NCBI GenBank assembly: GCA_028534125.1
Contig: CM052827.1
Span: forward strand, 33,914,001-33,978,000
Length of the DNA stretch: 64,000 bases
Direction of reading: 5' to 3'
Origin: Lama glama
Taxonomy: Eukaryota
Numbering within the stretch: the first letter of the stretch is position 1; every line of letters starts with the position of its first letter. The translations under genes were made by a program, and so were the position numbers. Positions 16,351 to 28,959 of this stretch are shown here, one piece after another. The notes below the pieces were generated by a model. That model did no database searches, was not told the origin of the DNA, and saw only the letters and a list, made by a program, of their open reading frames with translations.

Positions 16351-16572
16351 CATACAGCGGCGGAAGCCCAAATACTTGGGTAAACTGCCCACACAAAGGG
16401 CTGATGCAGGGGCGCAGCGGTATATCAGGACTGGAGCCAAGATACCTTAGGTGTGTCACTGCTTGTGGACACCCTGACTTCGCGGGCACATTCATTTCAT
16501 TTCCCCCTTCTCCAACACACACACAATTCAGGTGTACGGGGATTGTGGCTTTATTCTGCGGGCAATTAGGAG

Positions 16573-19500
16573 TCAAGCACAGGACCCTGAGGGGAGGCAG
16601 GAGGAGGGCGGGGGCGCAGGTGTTGGCACAAGACTGAAGAGTGCGCGGCGACCAGTGGGAGGCGAGGGCTGCGGGCCGACCTGCAGGGAGCTGAGTGCGG
16701 CCAGGCGCTGCTCTCGGGACACGTCCCCGCGCAGGTCCAAGAGGGCAGAGACATGCTCCTCGCTACAGGTACGAGGTGAGGTGAGTCAGCCCCAGCCAGC
16801 CTCTCCCAGGTCCCTCCTCCTTTCCTGGCCCGTCTTCGCACCTTACGTCGGGAAATTGTTGCCGCAGGCCCGCCACCTCGAGGCCAAGCAGCGTGGGGTC
16901 GCGGAGGTTCAGCAGCTCCCTCAGGGCCAGCAGCACTGGCGCACACTGAACGCTCTCCTCCAGACCCTGAGCACATAGGGGTAGATCTCGCGCCAGCCTT
17001 TGGCCCCTAGCCAACCACTGAGACTCCCGCCCATCTTCTAGCCCAACGAGTTCTCACCAAACCGAGGAAAAGCTCCCGAAGCTGGGCGGCATCTTGCCGC
17101 AGGCGCTCGGCTGCCTGGGTCCGCTCGTCAGCCCCTCGGCACACTAGACGGCCTTGCATTAGCGCACGTAGATACTGCAACACCACGGTACGCTCCGCCT
17201 CCGCCAGCAGCAGCTGAAGGGAGCACGATCAAATGGGTCCTGGACACCTTTCCCGTGCGTGCTTTCCCCTCTCCCCAGCCTTTCGCCCCAAAGCACCTGG
17301 ACTGCGGGATTCCGCACGTGTCGGAAGTCCTGGCAGAAGCGTGCCGTCCGCTCACACACCCCTTCCAGCAGCTCCGGGCTCGATAGCCACTGACGCGAGG
17401 GCAGAGCCGCGAATAGGGGCTGGGAGCAGGGGTCAGAGACGCGGCTGGAGAGACGATTCAGACCCGGCATTCCCCGCGGAGACTCCTCCTAATACACTGT
17501 ATCTCCTACTCGCACCCCCACCTCCACCTGAAGCCTCACCTGTAGCTCCAACAGCAGCGCCTCCAACACCAGGCGGCAGATCCTCCTCTGCAACTCGTCC
17601 AGCGCTGCCTCCACCGGAGCCAAGGCCCCTGGAGCCACCCAGTCGGGCTGCAGGACGGACAAGGAGGAGCTAGACGGAGACCACAAGTAGGCTTCAGGAC
17701 CAAGGCCAAGGCCCGCGTGGCCCTCTGTTGTCTAGACACCTGGGCGCCACCTAGTGGCGTCAGGGTCAAGAAGCGCGGCTCCCTGCACTTGTAAAGGCCT
17801 GGGGCGTGGACTGAGGCTGGGAGTGGTGGGCTCAGCAAGCTAGAAGGGACACAGCCCAGCTGGACCTGCCTCTAATTTGCGATGTGACCTTGAGCAAGTC
17901 ATGTCTTCTGGTGTCTGTTTCGGTAAGAGGAGAGAGTTAATCCCACTCAGGAGGGAGTCAAAATCGTAATTAACTTATTCGTCGTATTATGCCCCCACCC
18001 CAAAGAACATAAGACCCAAGAAGAAGGGAGTATTTTTGTTTTGTTTACAGCTGTAACCCCAGATATTACTTGGCACAGAGTAGGGTCTTGATAAACATTT
18101 GTTAATTGAATGAATAATTGACACTATGTCCCAGGTACTGTTGGAGGTTCTTCATATCCGTTATCACATGTGATTCTCAGAACATCTATTATTACCTATA
18201 TACTACTGTGAGAAAAGCAAGGTTCAGAGAGATTAGGTAACTGGCTCAAGGTCACACAGCTAGTAATTAGTAGAACTAGGATTAGAACCCCAGGGCTATA
18301 TGAGTCCAAAATTCCTAATGGCATAGTGCAGGCTGGGTCCATACCTAATAGGTATTCAATCATGAGTTACTGAAGGTGGGGTTACATGGGGGCTTCCTGG
18401 TACCTGAGTGCTGATTGGTGGTTGAGGGTGGCCAGTAGGTAGGGCACATAATGAGGGACCATTGCTTCCCCCCTGAGGTGGTCTCGGGAAAATCTGATCA
18501 GAGCATCACTGAAGCTGCAAAGGACAGAAGTGGCTCCTGTACCTGTGGTCACTCTTGCACAACCCCAGTCCTTGGTACTCCAGCTCCATCTCCAAGATAC
18601 CCAAGGCCCTATATGAAGGAGCCCCTTTCCACTAGTGTCCCTTATTCATTCAGAGCCCCGTTAGGCTGCCCCAGGAGCAGGGTCAGGGGTTGGGAGTGGG
18701 TCATTGCCTTCGCAGACCTCCTCAGGAATGCGCTCAGTTCTGACAGCGCCATGTCATGCACCCGCTGCTGCAGTGACTCACTGACCATGCTGGCCACACG
18801 AATGTTCTCTTCCAGGATCTACAGTCAGAGATAGGCAGCCATCAGCAGAATCCTCGTCCTGCTCTCTTTCTATTTCCACATGAGGTCTGCCCACCTGCCT
18901 CACCACTTTTCACCCACCTGCAGCACAATGGCCGGCATTGGTGAGTGGTAGAAGCCAGATGGGTCTGTGTCGGGCTCCTGCTCTCTGCCCCACTCAGCTG
19001 CCTCCCCATCCAGTGCCTTCTGAAGCCACTGGGTCACACTTGCCTGGGGAAAGGAGCAAGGAGCAGCAGGATGTAGCAGGGCACTGACACAGCTAGAGAC
19101 AGGTAGACATGCAGATAAAACCCCACAGCTGGTGGCAAACTTCTCTGGACCCAGGCCCTAACTACTTACCTGGACTTCGGCCACAAATGTTGCCTCTAGC
19201 TGCTCGACATTCTCCAGGGTCAGGAGGGGCTCCAGATGGGACACATCAGCCTCAGGCCCTAACTCTAGGCTCCCCATCATTTCTGGCCTGGAGATGGGTG
19301 CCCCAGTGTTACACTGAGCCCCCACCTCTGATCCACCCACTTCCCGTTGGCCCAGGGACACCGACCCTAGGTATACATGCAGTGCCCAGTGCAGCAAGGT
19401 GAAGGTATCAGCAGCTCCCAGCTCAGTCCTTTCCAGAAGTTGCTGCAGGCAGTGGCGCAGGCTGCTGTGCAGGGTGTGGGCCCACAGCTGGACCACCTTG

Positions 19501-21271
19501 TATTGTGGTGGGCAGCAGGGTGCTACTAGTGCCTCAGCTGTGGCCAACTCAGCTGGTAAAGCCACCCTCAGAGCCTCCAGCCACTCTGCTAGTGCCCCTG
19601 GTCCAGGCTGTGGCAGTGTCCCAAAGTGGATCCGCTCTAGGCCCTCCTGTAGTGCCCGCAAACAGCGCTGCCGCCAGTCCCGAGGGGCCTGCTCCCGAGA
19701 AGTTGTGCGCCCAGCATCCACCTCTGCCACACGCACAGCAGCCACCAGCAGGGCTGGGTCCTCCCGTGCCAGCCGCCCTGCAGCCCCTGCAGCTGCCTCC
19801 ACAGCCTGGCCCAGAGCCTCAGCCAGAGGACCCAGTCCCTCAAAGACTGGCAACTCCAGGCCCCCCAGAGGTGCCCACGTCTCCTCTTGCAGCTGTTCTA
19901 GCTCCCGAAGGCTCACATATGCCTCCAAGAGCCGCTGGGCATCAATCAGGGTCTGTGTGTGGGCCACTGCAGCTGGCACTAAGCAGGGAGGAGAAGAGAC
20001 AGCTCTGGGTCTCAGCCTTCCCACATATGCAGTAGGCACAGCAGTGGAAGCTAAGACCCTGGGGCTGGAGTGATGTATAAAATACTTAGTAAACAATACA
20101 GTAGAGCATTGGCCAATCTGAAAGGACCTGAAAGGAAGGGCCACCATGGTGGGCCAGGTGTAAACCCTTGAGCTGAAGGAACATGAGGAAGTCAGGGATC
20201 CTGGAGGGAAGGCAGGGAGGAACTGGGGCAGGGTGGGGGAGGGGCATGCCAGTAGCTATTCATTCATTTTGTTAGGGAACTATTTCAATAAATTAACAAT
20301 CAGAGTGGCCAAAGCCACTTGACTGGGTGTCAGTTCTGATTCAGACATCCCTTGCTTAGGAACCCCAGAATGAACTAATATGTACCCTGCTTCATATGCC
20401 ATTTGAAGCCCAAGTTACTCTCTGGAAGGTCCCTGGTGTGTCCCTCCATGCAGTCTCCCACTGGTGCCCCAGCCCCTCGATCAGTGATGGTGTTTGGTGA
20501 CTAGCTGTTGGAGGGCTGAGGCCCAGGACTGCTGCACGCTTACCGGCTCGCAGCCGGGGCAGCAGCTGAGACAAGGCCCACAGTTGCTTGTGCTGCACAA
20601 CCTGCTCCCGCAGGGGTTCTAGGGTCTGTGCAGCTTCAGCCATACCCCGGAGCAACCCATGGGCCTGGCTCAGAGCCTCACGGACTCCCTGCATGGCCTC
20701 CAGGGCCCGGGCCAGCTGCCGCACACCAGTCTTCACGCCCTCCAGGTATGACTGCACCACCGACTGTGGGAAGGGGGCAGACAGTGAGGCCTGGCCAGGC
20801 CTGCAGCCCACCCCCAGCGTGCCTGCCTCCTGCCTGATGCCCACCTTGATGCGTGCTTCCAGGGAACAGGTACGCTGCACCTCGCGGCTGCGGTACTGCC
20901 CCAGCCTGGCCAGCTGCTCTGGCCGGTAGAAGATACCAGAGGCCCACTTGAGCGCTGCACCCCGGGCCAGCTGCTCCGCCCTCTCCTGCTCCGGCCACTC
21001 AGGCCCTGGGCAGGAAGAGCCTGGGCAGCTGCGTCAGTTAGGCAGGGCCTGCAGGAAGCAGCTGCCAAATCTGCTCCCCTTCCTACTCCTCAGCTTGTAC
21101 CCCAGGGCAGTCCCCTTCTCTCCCTGCCCTCTAGAGCTCCAGCCAGAGGCAGGGAGGACCCAACCCCACCATTCCCATCTTTCTTGCCGCCATCCCCCCA
21201 TCAGCCTAGCCAGAAGGGCTCATACCAGGAGGAATTGTGGGCTTCATTTTGTCCTTGGCTGCTGAGTCCAT
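16573..21271 (-). CDS. EXOC3L1: Exocyst complex component 3-like 1 (Sec6 family), 739 aa
   Basis: 13 coding exons: 21271-21226, 21005-20845, 20763-20544, 19978-19366, 19287-19170, 19043-18918, 18818-18718, 18514-18404, 17669-17540, 17419-17297, 17213-17058, 16966-16842, 16762-16573. Total 2220 nt, open. MDSAAKDK...PEWPEQERAEQLARGAALKWASGIFYRPEQL. AATAAA (-) at 16550-16555. Confidence 0.96.
17744..17757 (-). promoter_or_regulatory. Consensus CTCF motif (CCACTAGGTGGCGC) in an EXOC3L1 intron
   Basis: gcgccacctagtgg on the + strand is a near-perfect CTCF core, at the edge of the CpG island. Confidence 0.6.
17860..18320. mobile_element. MIR/L2 fragments
   Basis: MIR core motifs gtgaccttgagcaagtc (+) and gttcagagagattaggtaactggctcaaggtcacacagctagt (reverse-oriented MIR), with an L2 tail taaacatttgttaattgaatgaat between them. 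Confidence 0.6.
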
Positions 21272-22231
21272 GGCAGGCCCTGGAGGAGCTGGAGCAGAGG
21301 TAGGAGTGGGATCGAAGGTCTAAGTTAGAGCAGGAAGAGTGGGTGCTCCTCTAAGCTGCAGCCTCCATCTAGGCCCTTTGGAGAAGGAGGAGGAAGATTC
21401 TTGCCCAGCCTCCTCAGGAAATGAGAGGGAGGCGGGGATGATGGGGAGGCACCTGGGAAACCTTTGCCTCCTGGGTTTCTCAGTTTTGCCCCTCAGATGC
21501 CAAGTGAGTCAGGGTAAGCATGGGACTCTGCTGGAGACTGCTCCCGCTCCGAATTGCAGAGGACAGTTTGATATGGAACTCACCAGGCTTGACCAGGAGT
21601 GTCCAGTTCTCCCTCTTTCACAAATGGCCTTGGCCTTGAGGATGGCTCTCTCCCCCTCTCCCTCTTGGCAGAGCTGGGTACTCCCTCCACTGGCTCATGA
21701 GGCCCACACCTCGGTGTGCAGCAGGAGAATTCCTCTCCCCAAAGAAGCCACTGTCCCACCTCCCTGCCCAGGAGCTCCCTCCTCCCTCCAAGACCCGCCC
21801 TCTCCAAGGCCACATGCAGAAAGGAAGGAAGCTGAGTCTCTAGTACTTTATTCCCAACAGGAAAGAGCATCTGCACTGTGGGACGGGGTGGGGAGGGCTG
21901 GGCGCCACTTCCTTCAGGGAAGGAGGTGTATACTCCCTGTGGTCATTGAGTCTTGACCAGCCTATCCAGGACTGCTTAGTGCTCTGGGCACAAACATGAA
22001 CTAAGCAGCTCCAACTGGGTGGAGAGCAAGGTGTGCAAATATGGGTGCACACAACATCACGGTGTGAAAACTGTTGAAGGGTCCTTTAGAGCTGGGTGTG
22101 TGCTTCTGCAGAGGAGCAAGAGACCACAGGCTGTGTGTGGTGGGTGATGGCGGAGAGTGGTGGAATGGCTATGAAAGCTATGTTTATCTTGAGATAAAGA
22201 GGGCCATGGAAGGGACTACTAAGTAGTAATA

Positions 22232-22579
22232 CTGCAGCAGACACTGGCTACCACCCAAATCCACCCTTCAGGACAAAGACACTCATTTCCTTAGCTGCCA
22301 GAAACGTAGGTTGCTGAGGTCTCATAGCCAAGTCTTTTGGTCCATGTTAGGGTATAAAGGCCAGGTACCCTTGCCTTGGAATGCCTTGGAAGAGTCCCCC
22401 AGCTTCACAGCCCCTAGTAGGATGGACTGAGGCCTCAATTATAACTGCATCACAGTTTAATTCTCTCCTCTGCCTAATTCTCCTTGTCTTACTCCCTTAC
22501 AAGTGTGATTCATCAGTAAACTTCCTGTAGGCAGATGGCTTTCTCAAAGTCTGTTTCCCAAAGAACTTGACCTAAAATA
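22232..22579 (+). mobile_element. Solo ERVL-class LTR (LTR16-like) between EXOC3L1 and E2F4
   Basis: Begins tgcagcagacact, contains gtataaa, and ends agtaaacttcctg...ctcaaagtctgtttcccaaagaacttgacctaaaata, which resembles the LTR16 3' end as recalled. Confidence 0.5.
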
Positions 22580-23079
22580 AACAATAATAAAAACCGACAA
22601 TGTTAAAAAATGATACTAGTGAACACAGAATCCTTCCACACGGAAGAAGTGCTCTAAGTGCTTTACATATACTTACACATAGGTAAACGTGTTTGCGTTG
22701 GTTGAAAAGTGGTTATAATTCCATGGCCTCTGAGCACTGCAGTGTGGAGACAAGAGAAAGATGAGTCTGGGGATCGGGGAAGAAGAGTGGGGATGGAGAC
22801 AAGTGGATAAGACAGATGTAGTTAGTTTTTGCTGTTTGGCAAGGAGTGAGGGACAGGAATAGGGTGGGTGATCTCAAGACAGTGGGGCAGCCTTTAGAAG
22901 CAGGTTTGGGGAAACACATTGGGTTCATCATGCAGCATGGTCTCTTCTGAGATGGGGGCTGGGGCAGTTAGTGGAATTGAAGCAGGCTGGCCAGTTAGGA
23001 AGGTTCCCATGGCTCCCACTTCTCTACTGCCGGGGCTGCCCAACTGCTTTCTCTACGTCCTTCCTCAACAAGTCCTGCC

Positions 23080-23317
23080 TCTCGGGATCCAGGGGTTATT
23101 TTCGTCCTCTTCGGCGATTTGATATTTGTTGATGGTCCCCGAAGTTTTTCGGCCATGTTTGCAGAGAGGAATTTTGCCAAATTCCCTGGGAGGGCGTGGG
23201 GCGGAAGCGGAAGTAGTGACCGTGGCGCCGGCGCCCGGGCGGTCAGGAACGGAAGCGGAAGTGGCGGCGGCGCCGGCCTGGCCTGGCCTGGCTGAGGGGA
23301 GGCGGCGGGCGGGCGCG
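23080..23317 (+). promoter_or_regulatory. E2F4 CpG-island promoter with tandem ETS/GABP sites
   Basis: gcggaagcggaagt at about 23201-23214, acggaagcggaagt at about 23249-23262, and a GC box gggcgtggggcgg. Confidence 0.7.
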
Positions 23318-26300
23318 ATGGCGGAGGCCGGGCCGCAGGCGCCGCCGCCCCCGGGCACCCCAAGCCGGCACGAGAAGAGCTTGGGACTTCTCACCACCAA
23401 GTTCGTGTCGCTTCTGCAGGAGGCCAAGGACGGCGTGCTTGACCTCAAGCTGGTGCGGCCCGGGCTAAGGGGCGGCAGAGGGGATGGTGGACCAGGCCGG
23501 GGCCGGTAGCGGGAACCCCGGGGCGGCCCAACTGAGCCCGCAGAGAGCAGACTGTCATCCATGTGCTTTCTCACAGGAGGGAGGCTGGGAGCTGTTTCAT
23601 TCATTCAGCCGAGGCCATTGGGCATCAGCTGTGTGCCAGGCTTGGGGCTGCAGGTGCTGGTCCTCGTGGCCCTTCCTGGCAGGTGTGGGGAGAAGGGCAT
23701 CAGAACAGCAGCTCAGGCTTCACCAGGCCTCTTCCTACCTCGCGCTTCTGAGCTGCTGTAGTGCCTGGGAGGTGGGTTGGGATCCAGGCCACCCCTTTTC
23801 CAGACTATTCCAGACCAAGTCTCACCTGAGAGTGAGGCTGAGCATTTCCCATTCTGTTCTGCCTGCCAGGCAGCTGACACCCTAGCTGTGCGCCAGAAGC
23901 GGCGGATTTATGACATTACTAACGTGCTGGAAGGTATCGGGCTGATCGAGAAAAAATCCAAGAATAGCATCCAGTGGAAGTGAGTGTGGGCACCTGGGAG
24001 GGCAATGGGATCGCCTACCCAGAAGTGTCAGGGGTGGGGGTTGCAGGAGTGAGCAGGGGCTATGGGCCCCAGGATTCTTGGCAGCCCCTCTCNNNNNNNN
24101 NNNNNNNNNNNNNNNNNNNNNNNNNNNNNNNNNNNNNNNNNNNNNNNNNNNNNNNNNNNNNNNNNNNNNNNNNNNNNNNNNNNNNNNNNNNNNNNNNNNN
24201 NNNNNNNNNNNNNNNNNNNNNNNNNNNNNNNNNNNNNNNNNNNNNNNNNNNNNNNNNNNNNNNNNNNNNNNNNNNNNNNNNNNNNNNNNNNNNNNNCTGC
24301 GGGGGAGTGGATGAGGGGCTCTTTAGTCCAGCTGGGTTTGCTCTGTGGTCCCCTAGGCCCTGTCCCTCTTGGGAGGATGGTATTGTATGTCCTGGCCAGG
24401 TCCCAGCCTTGGGCTCCCTTCTCAGAGCCTCTCCCCTCCATCAGTTTTGGCCTATGATACCTCCCCATGTAGACCCCAGGCCTCAGGACTTTTTCAGGAC
24501 TGTATGTCAGAGCTGTGCTAAAGATCAGGGTCCTCTCTGTGGTCTGCTATCTGTCAGTGTAGGCAGGGCATCAGCTGTTCTCCTTAACCCCCGCACCTTG
24601 GCCTACGTGACTCATGAGGACATCTGCAGATGCTTTGCTGGTGAGCAGAGCCTGGGTAGGGGGAGATGGGGGTGGGGTTGGGCTGAGCCACAGCCCTGAA
24701 CAATGAGCTCAGTGCCCAAGGAGATTTCCTTCTCTTAAGAGGGTTCCTGGGGCCTACCCAAAGAAGATCCAGACAGGGTAAGTCCTGGGTTCGATGGTCA
24801 CTGGACCCTGTGGAGGGTAACCATACTGAGAGGATATGGGAATCCTGGGCTGGATCCCTGGGTCAGCCCCTATCTGCACTGTCCCCTAGGTATGACTTCT
24901 CAGGTGTAACAGAATCATACAAGGGAGAAAGTGTGTGTGCATGCTGGTGTGCAGGGGGCAACGATGCCAACTTCCAATCTATAGTTAGTTTAGTTGCATT
25001 GTAGTTATGGGAACTATTCCTTCTCCATCTTGCACTTCCCAGACTGGTTCTGGGGAAGGGACATTGGCTTTGGCCAGAATATCTACGTCTAGGGAGCAGC
25101 CCCTTCAATCAGGGAGATGTCCATGGCCAGCAATCTTTTGCTCCATGTGTCTGAACCCAGATTTTCTAGTTACAGACCCCTGGGCTCTTAGGAGGAGAAT
25201 AGCTTTAGTTCTCTGCCTTAGCCACTGAGCCACCATAAGGGATGAATGAAGCCTCCTGTCTAGCCCCTCGGAGACCATGAACTCCTTCCTTGCTCCAAGG
25301 GATAGATACCCCCATTCCCAGCTCAGATTGAACCCATGGGCCTTGACCCATTCTCCTTGTCATCCTAGGAGACACCCTCCTGGCCATCCGGGCCCCATCA
25401 GGCACCAGCCTGGAGGTGCCCATCCCAGAGGTGGGTGCTCAGCCCAGGCAGGCAGGGTTGATTGAGGGCGGGTGCTGGCTGTGGAGCCTGATAAGTCCCG
25501 GGTGGGGCAGGTAGGGGGAGGCCTGGGGTTTGGGGTTATCTAGGAGGACGGGCAGTCTGGGGTGGGAGAGGACACTGTGGCCCTGGCACAGGGTCAGGCA
25601 AGGGCCAATCCTGTTTCCAGTTCCATCTCTCCTCCGTCCTCCACCTCTACCTCCAGGGACTCAATGGGCAGAAGAAGTACCAGATTCACCTGAAGAGTGT
25701 AAGTGGCCCCATTGAGGTACTGTTGGTGAACAAGGAGGCATGGAGCTCGCCGCCTGTGGCAGTGCCTGTGCCACCACCCGAAGATCTGCTCCAGAGCCCA
25801 CCTGCTGTCTCTACCCCTCCGCCTCTGCCCGAGCCTGCCCTGGCTCAACCCCAGGATGCCTCACGCCCAAGCAGTCCCCAGGTGACCACCCCTACCCCTG
25901 TCCCTGGCAGCACCGAAGCTCAGGGGGTGGCCAGTCCAGCAGCTGAGATCACAGGTGAGGCACAACGGGAAGCTGGTAATGGGGTGATTTCTGGGGCCCA
26001 AGAGGCAATACCTCTGTGTGATGGAAGAGACCTTGTGGGGTTTGTCCTTTTCCTGGCCCCCAGCTGGCCTCTCCTTGCTAGTGCAATGAATGAGCCTTTT
26101 TTAACAGAGCTTTGACTATGTGAAAGGGCATTAGTGGTGGCACTTTTCCCCCAGATCTGCCAGTATCCCACTGGCCCTGGCAGCCCCTCTTGATTTGTGG
26201 TCACAGCAGGTGTGTCCATGATTCTCCCTCCTGCAGGCCTCATGCCCCTTCAGTGACTAATTTTCATGGTACCACTTTGTGAGTGATTGGCAGTGCCTAA

Positions 26301-28959
26301 CTCTCCTTGGGCCTAGGAACCAGGGCTGTCGCATTCTCACTGTGGGTTCTAGCATGGCCAGCTTTAATATCCTACTTCCTGCCCCCATGTGACTGGGTTT
26401 GGGGGATGTGGTTGCAGTGAGTGGCGGTCCTGGAACTGATAGCAAGGACAGTGGTGAGCTCAGCACACTCCCACTGGGCCTGACAGCACTGGATACCCGG
26501 CCTCTGCAGTCCTCTGCCCTGTTGGATAGCAGCAGCAGCAGCAGCAGCAGCAATAGCAGTTCATCTGGACCCAACCCTTCTACCTCCTTTGAGCCCATCA
26601 AGGCAGACCCCACAGGCGGTGAGTGCTTGTCCTCTTGGGAACAGGGAGAGCCTAGCCTCAGACAGTCCTTGGTCAGAAACAGACTTGGGCCTCAAACCCA
26701 GTTCTGTCTCCTCAGCCACAGCTGGCCAGCCCAAGAGCCAGCTCCCTGCTATCCACCTCTGCCTTGGCACCAGAGCTCTGCCAGCTAGGGTGAGGAGCCT
26801 GGCCTCTGGCTTGGTGCTTATGCCCCTTTACCCACTTCCTGAGTTGACACAGAACTGCCTAGCCCTTCCTCAAGCCCTGTGTTCTACCCCGTGGACCTGT
26901 CTCAGGAAGGTGTGAGCACTGTCCTAGGGAAGGGGCTGTGCTATGGTCCTCAGGCTCCAAAGGTGGGCAGTGTCTTAGAGGTGATGTCATTTCCTCTCCT
27001 CTCTATCTTGTGTTTTGAGTGTTTGCTTTTTTTAGGACTCATTCTTCTCCGCTCACAAGAACCACTTAGTCTCTCCTCACTGAATGACACTTCGTCCCTT
27101 GTGTTCCCCTCCCTCACCTTCCCTGTATCCTGTCTGGACTCCTAGAAAAAGTCATCTCCATTCTACTCTGTATCTCGGTTCCCTAGTCAGCCTTCAGGTT
27201 GCAGCAGTCGCCCCCCCCCCCCCGCCGCCCCCCATAACACACACACAGCCCACAACCCCCCACCACGCCACGCCAGTGCTCTCAGTAAGCTGCCCAGCCC
27301 TGATGGCCAGCTCCAGCGGGTTTCTAGGCTGATTTGCTCTGGGGCTGTTTTGCTCCATGTGGATGCTCTTTTTCTCCTTTGGCATTAGTGATGCCAGCAC
27401 TTGGCTCTTCTCTCTTAATGACTTCTCCTTCTGATCTCTCCCTGGTGTTCATTTAAATCTGGCTTTTCAAGTCTCTGGCCCATTTCACACCTGTGGAGGC
27501 CCCCAGTTCTGGGTAGATGTATTCCCAGTCACCGTCTTGCCTAGGTCTTTTGCCTGAACTTTACCTCTTTTGTCTACATGCCTTCCTCTGCACATCCAAT
27601 AGGCACTTCATTCCCACACGTCCACATCTTCTTTACCCCAACTGACAAGTCTGAAATGCAGCCTGACTGTGACAGTTTTCTGTCTTCAAACGTATCTTTG
27701 AGGAGGGTATAGCTCAGTGGTACAGTGCATGCCTAGCATGCACAAGGTCCTGGGTTCAATCCCCAGTACCTCCATTAAAAAATAAATAAATAAACGTAAT
27801 CCCCCCCCAACCCAATTAAATAAATAAATGAACTGCTTTAAATAAAAAAGTATCTTTAACAGCTCCCTAAGGCCTCCTGGATAAAATCAGAACTCCTAAA
27901 CCTGGAATATGAAATCCCTTGTGACCTAGCTCTCTCCTTTCCAGCTTCATTTTCCTGTTTCCCATGTGTGTCTTCCCAGTCAGACCTTTGTAGCAGAGTC
28001 ATCACCCTGTAGCACTAACCCCTATTTAAGAGTCTGTCTGTCTCCTCTGTCAGGTGACCTGGCCTGGGGTGTGGTATGTGAGCATGGCACCAAGTAGGTG
28101 CTTAGCAAGGACAGGGATGGACAGGGTGTTTGCCATCAGATGATATGCATGATGAGCCCAGAAATAGAGTGGGATTGCTTCCCTTCTTCAGAACCTCTGA
28201 GTTAGAAGGGCTGTACCAATTACCTACTGCGGGCCTTTGGGACCCTGGGCTTGGCACTGAGAAATTCAGATCTAGTAGGGGAGCCTGAGAGACAGTGTCA
28301 TCTTGACCTAGGGTAGGGCCTACGTCTCAGCTGTGTGGAGCCCCTGGGTGGGTGATACAGGATCTGAGAAAGCAGGGGCTAGAGTGGGACTAGGCTGGAC
28401 ATCTGTGCCCTTGAGCATGTCTTTCTTGTTTTTCAGTTCTGGAACTCCCCAAGGAGCTGTCAGAAATCTTTGACCCCACGCGAGGTAAGGCAGTGTTCCT
28501 CTCTGGGGCTGGGGTGAGGGGCACAGCTCACTGGGTCTTGGGGCTGTTTTCTTGCCCTTCTGAGAACCATATGATTGTGTTTGATCCCTGGGCAAAGGGC
28601 ACAGTTCTTGATGGGTGGGTGGGTGTGGTCCCCTTCATGGGCTTTGGTGGGTGGAGAGGTGGGAGCCAGAATGTAACTGAGCTCTCCCTCCATCCCCAGA
28701 GTGCATGAGCTCAGAGCTGTTGGAGGAGCTAATGTCCTCAGAAGGTACGTGGCCCAGAAAGGTGGGGGGTGAGTGTGGGCAGGGTTTGGGTGGCTACTGG
28801 GAGGGGTCTTGGCCCTGAGGACTCAGCCTGTTGCTCTCTGCAGTGTTTGCACCCCTCCTCCGCCTTTCTCCACCCCCCGGAGACCACGATTACATCTACA
28901 ACCTGGACGAGAGTGAAGGTGTCTGTGACCTCTTTGATGTGCCTGTTCTCAATCTCTGA
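23318..28959 (+). CDS. E2F4: Transcription factor E2F4 (about 406 aa; exon 3 hidden in the N-run)
   Basis: Exons 23318-23452, 23870-23979, [exon 3 expected within N-run 24093-24296], 24597-24640, 25369-25430, 25657-25954, 26418-26618, 28437-28484, 28700-28744, 28844-28959. Motifs [27 protein letters not shown] and the pocket-protein-binding [23 protein letters not shown] at 29756-29761. Confidence 0.96.
24581..24596 (+). other. U12 (minor spliceosome) branch point and AC acceptor of E2F4 intron 3
   Basis: TCCTTAAC at 24581-24588, then AC at 24595-24596 directly before c ttg gcc tac ([14 protein letters not shown]). No AG acceptor at this junction. Confidence 0.88.
26528..26551 (+). repeat. 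Coding (AGC)8 poly-serine microsatellite in E2F4
   Basis: agc x8 in frame, giving [17 protein letters not shown]. Confidence 0.95.
27700..27849 (+). mobile_element. tRNA-derived SINE (camelid Vic-1-like)
   Basis: gggtatagctcagtggta...gtcctgggttcaatccccagtacctcc followed by an (AAAT)n tail. TSD gtatcttt (27692-27699 / 27850-27857). Confidence 0.88.

Noticed and set aside
24093-24296. Apparent loss of E2F4 exon 3
   Set aside because: The N-run is large enough to contain it, and the flanking exon phases (2 and 2) are compatible.
27700-27775. tRNA gene call for the GGGTATAGCTCAGTGG...GGTTCAATCCCC elements
   Set aside because: A-rich tails, TSDs and divergent copies identify them as SINEs, not functional tRNAs.
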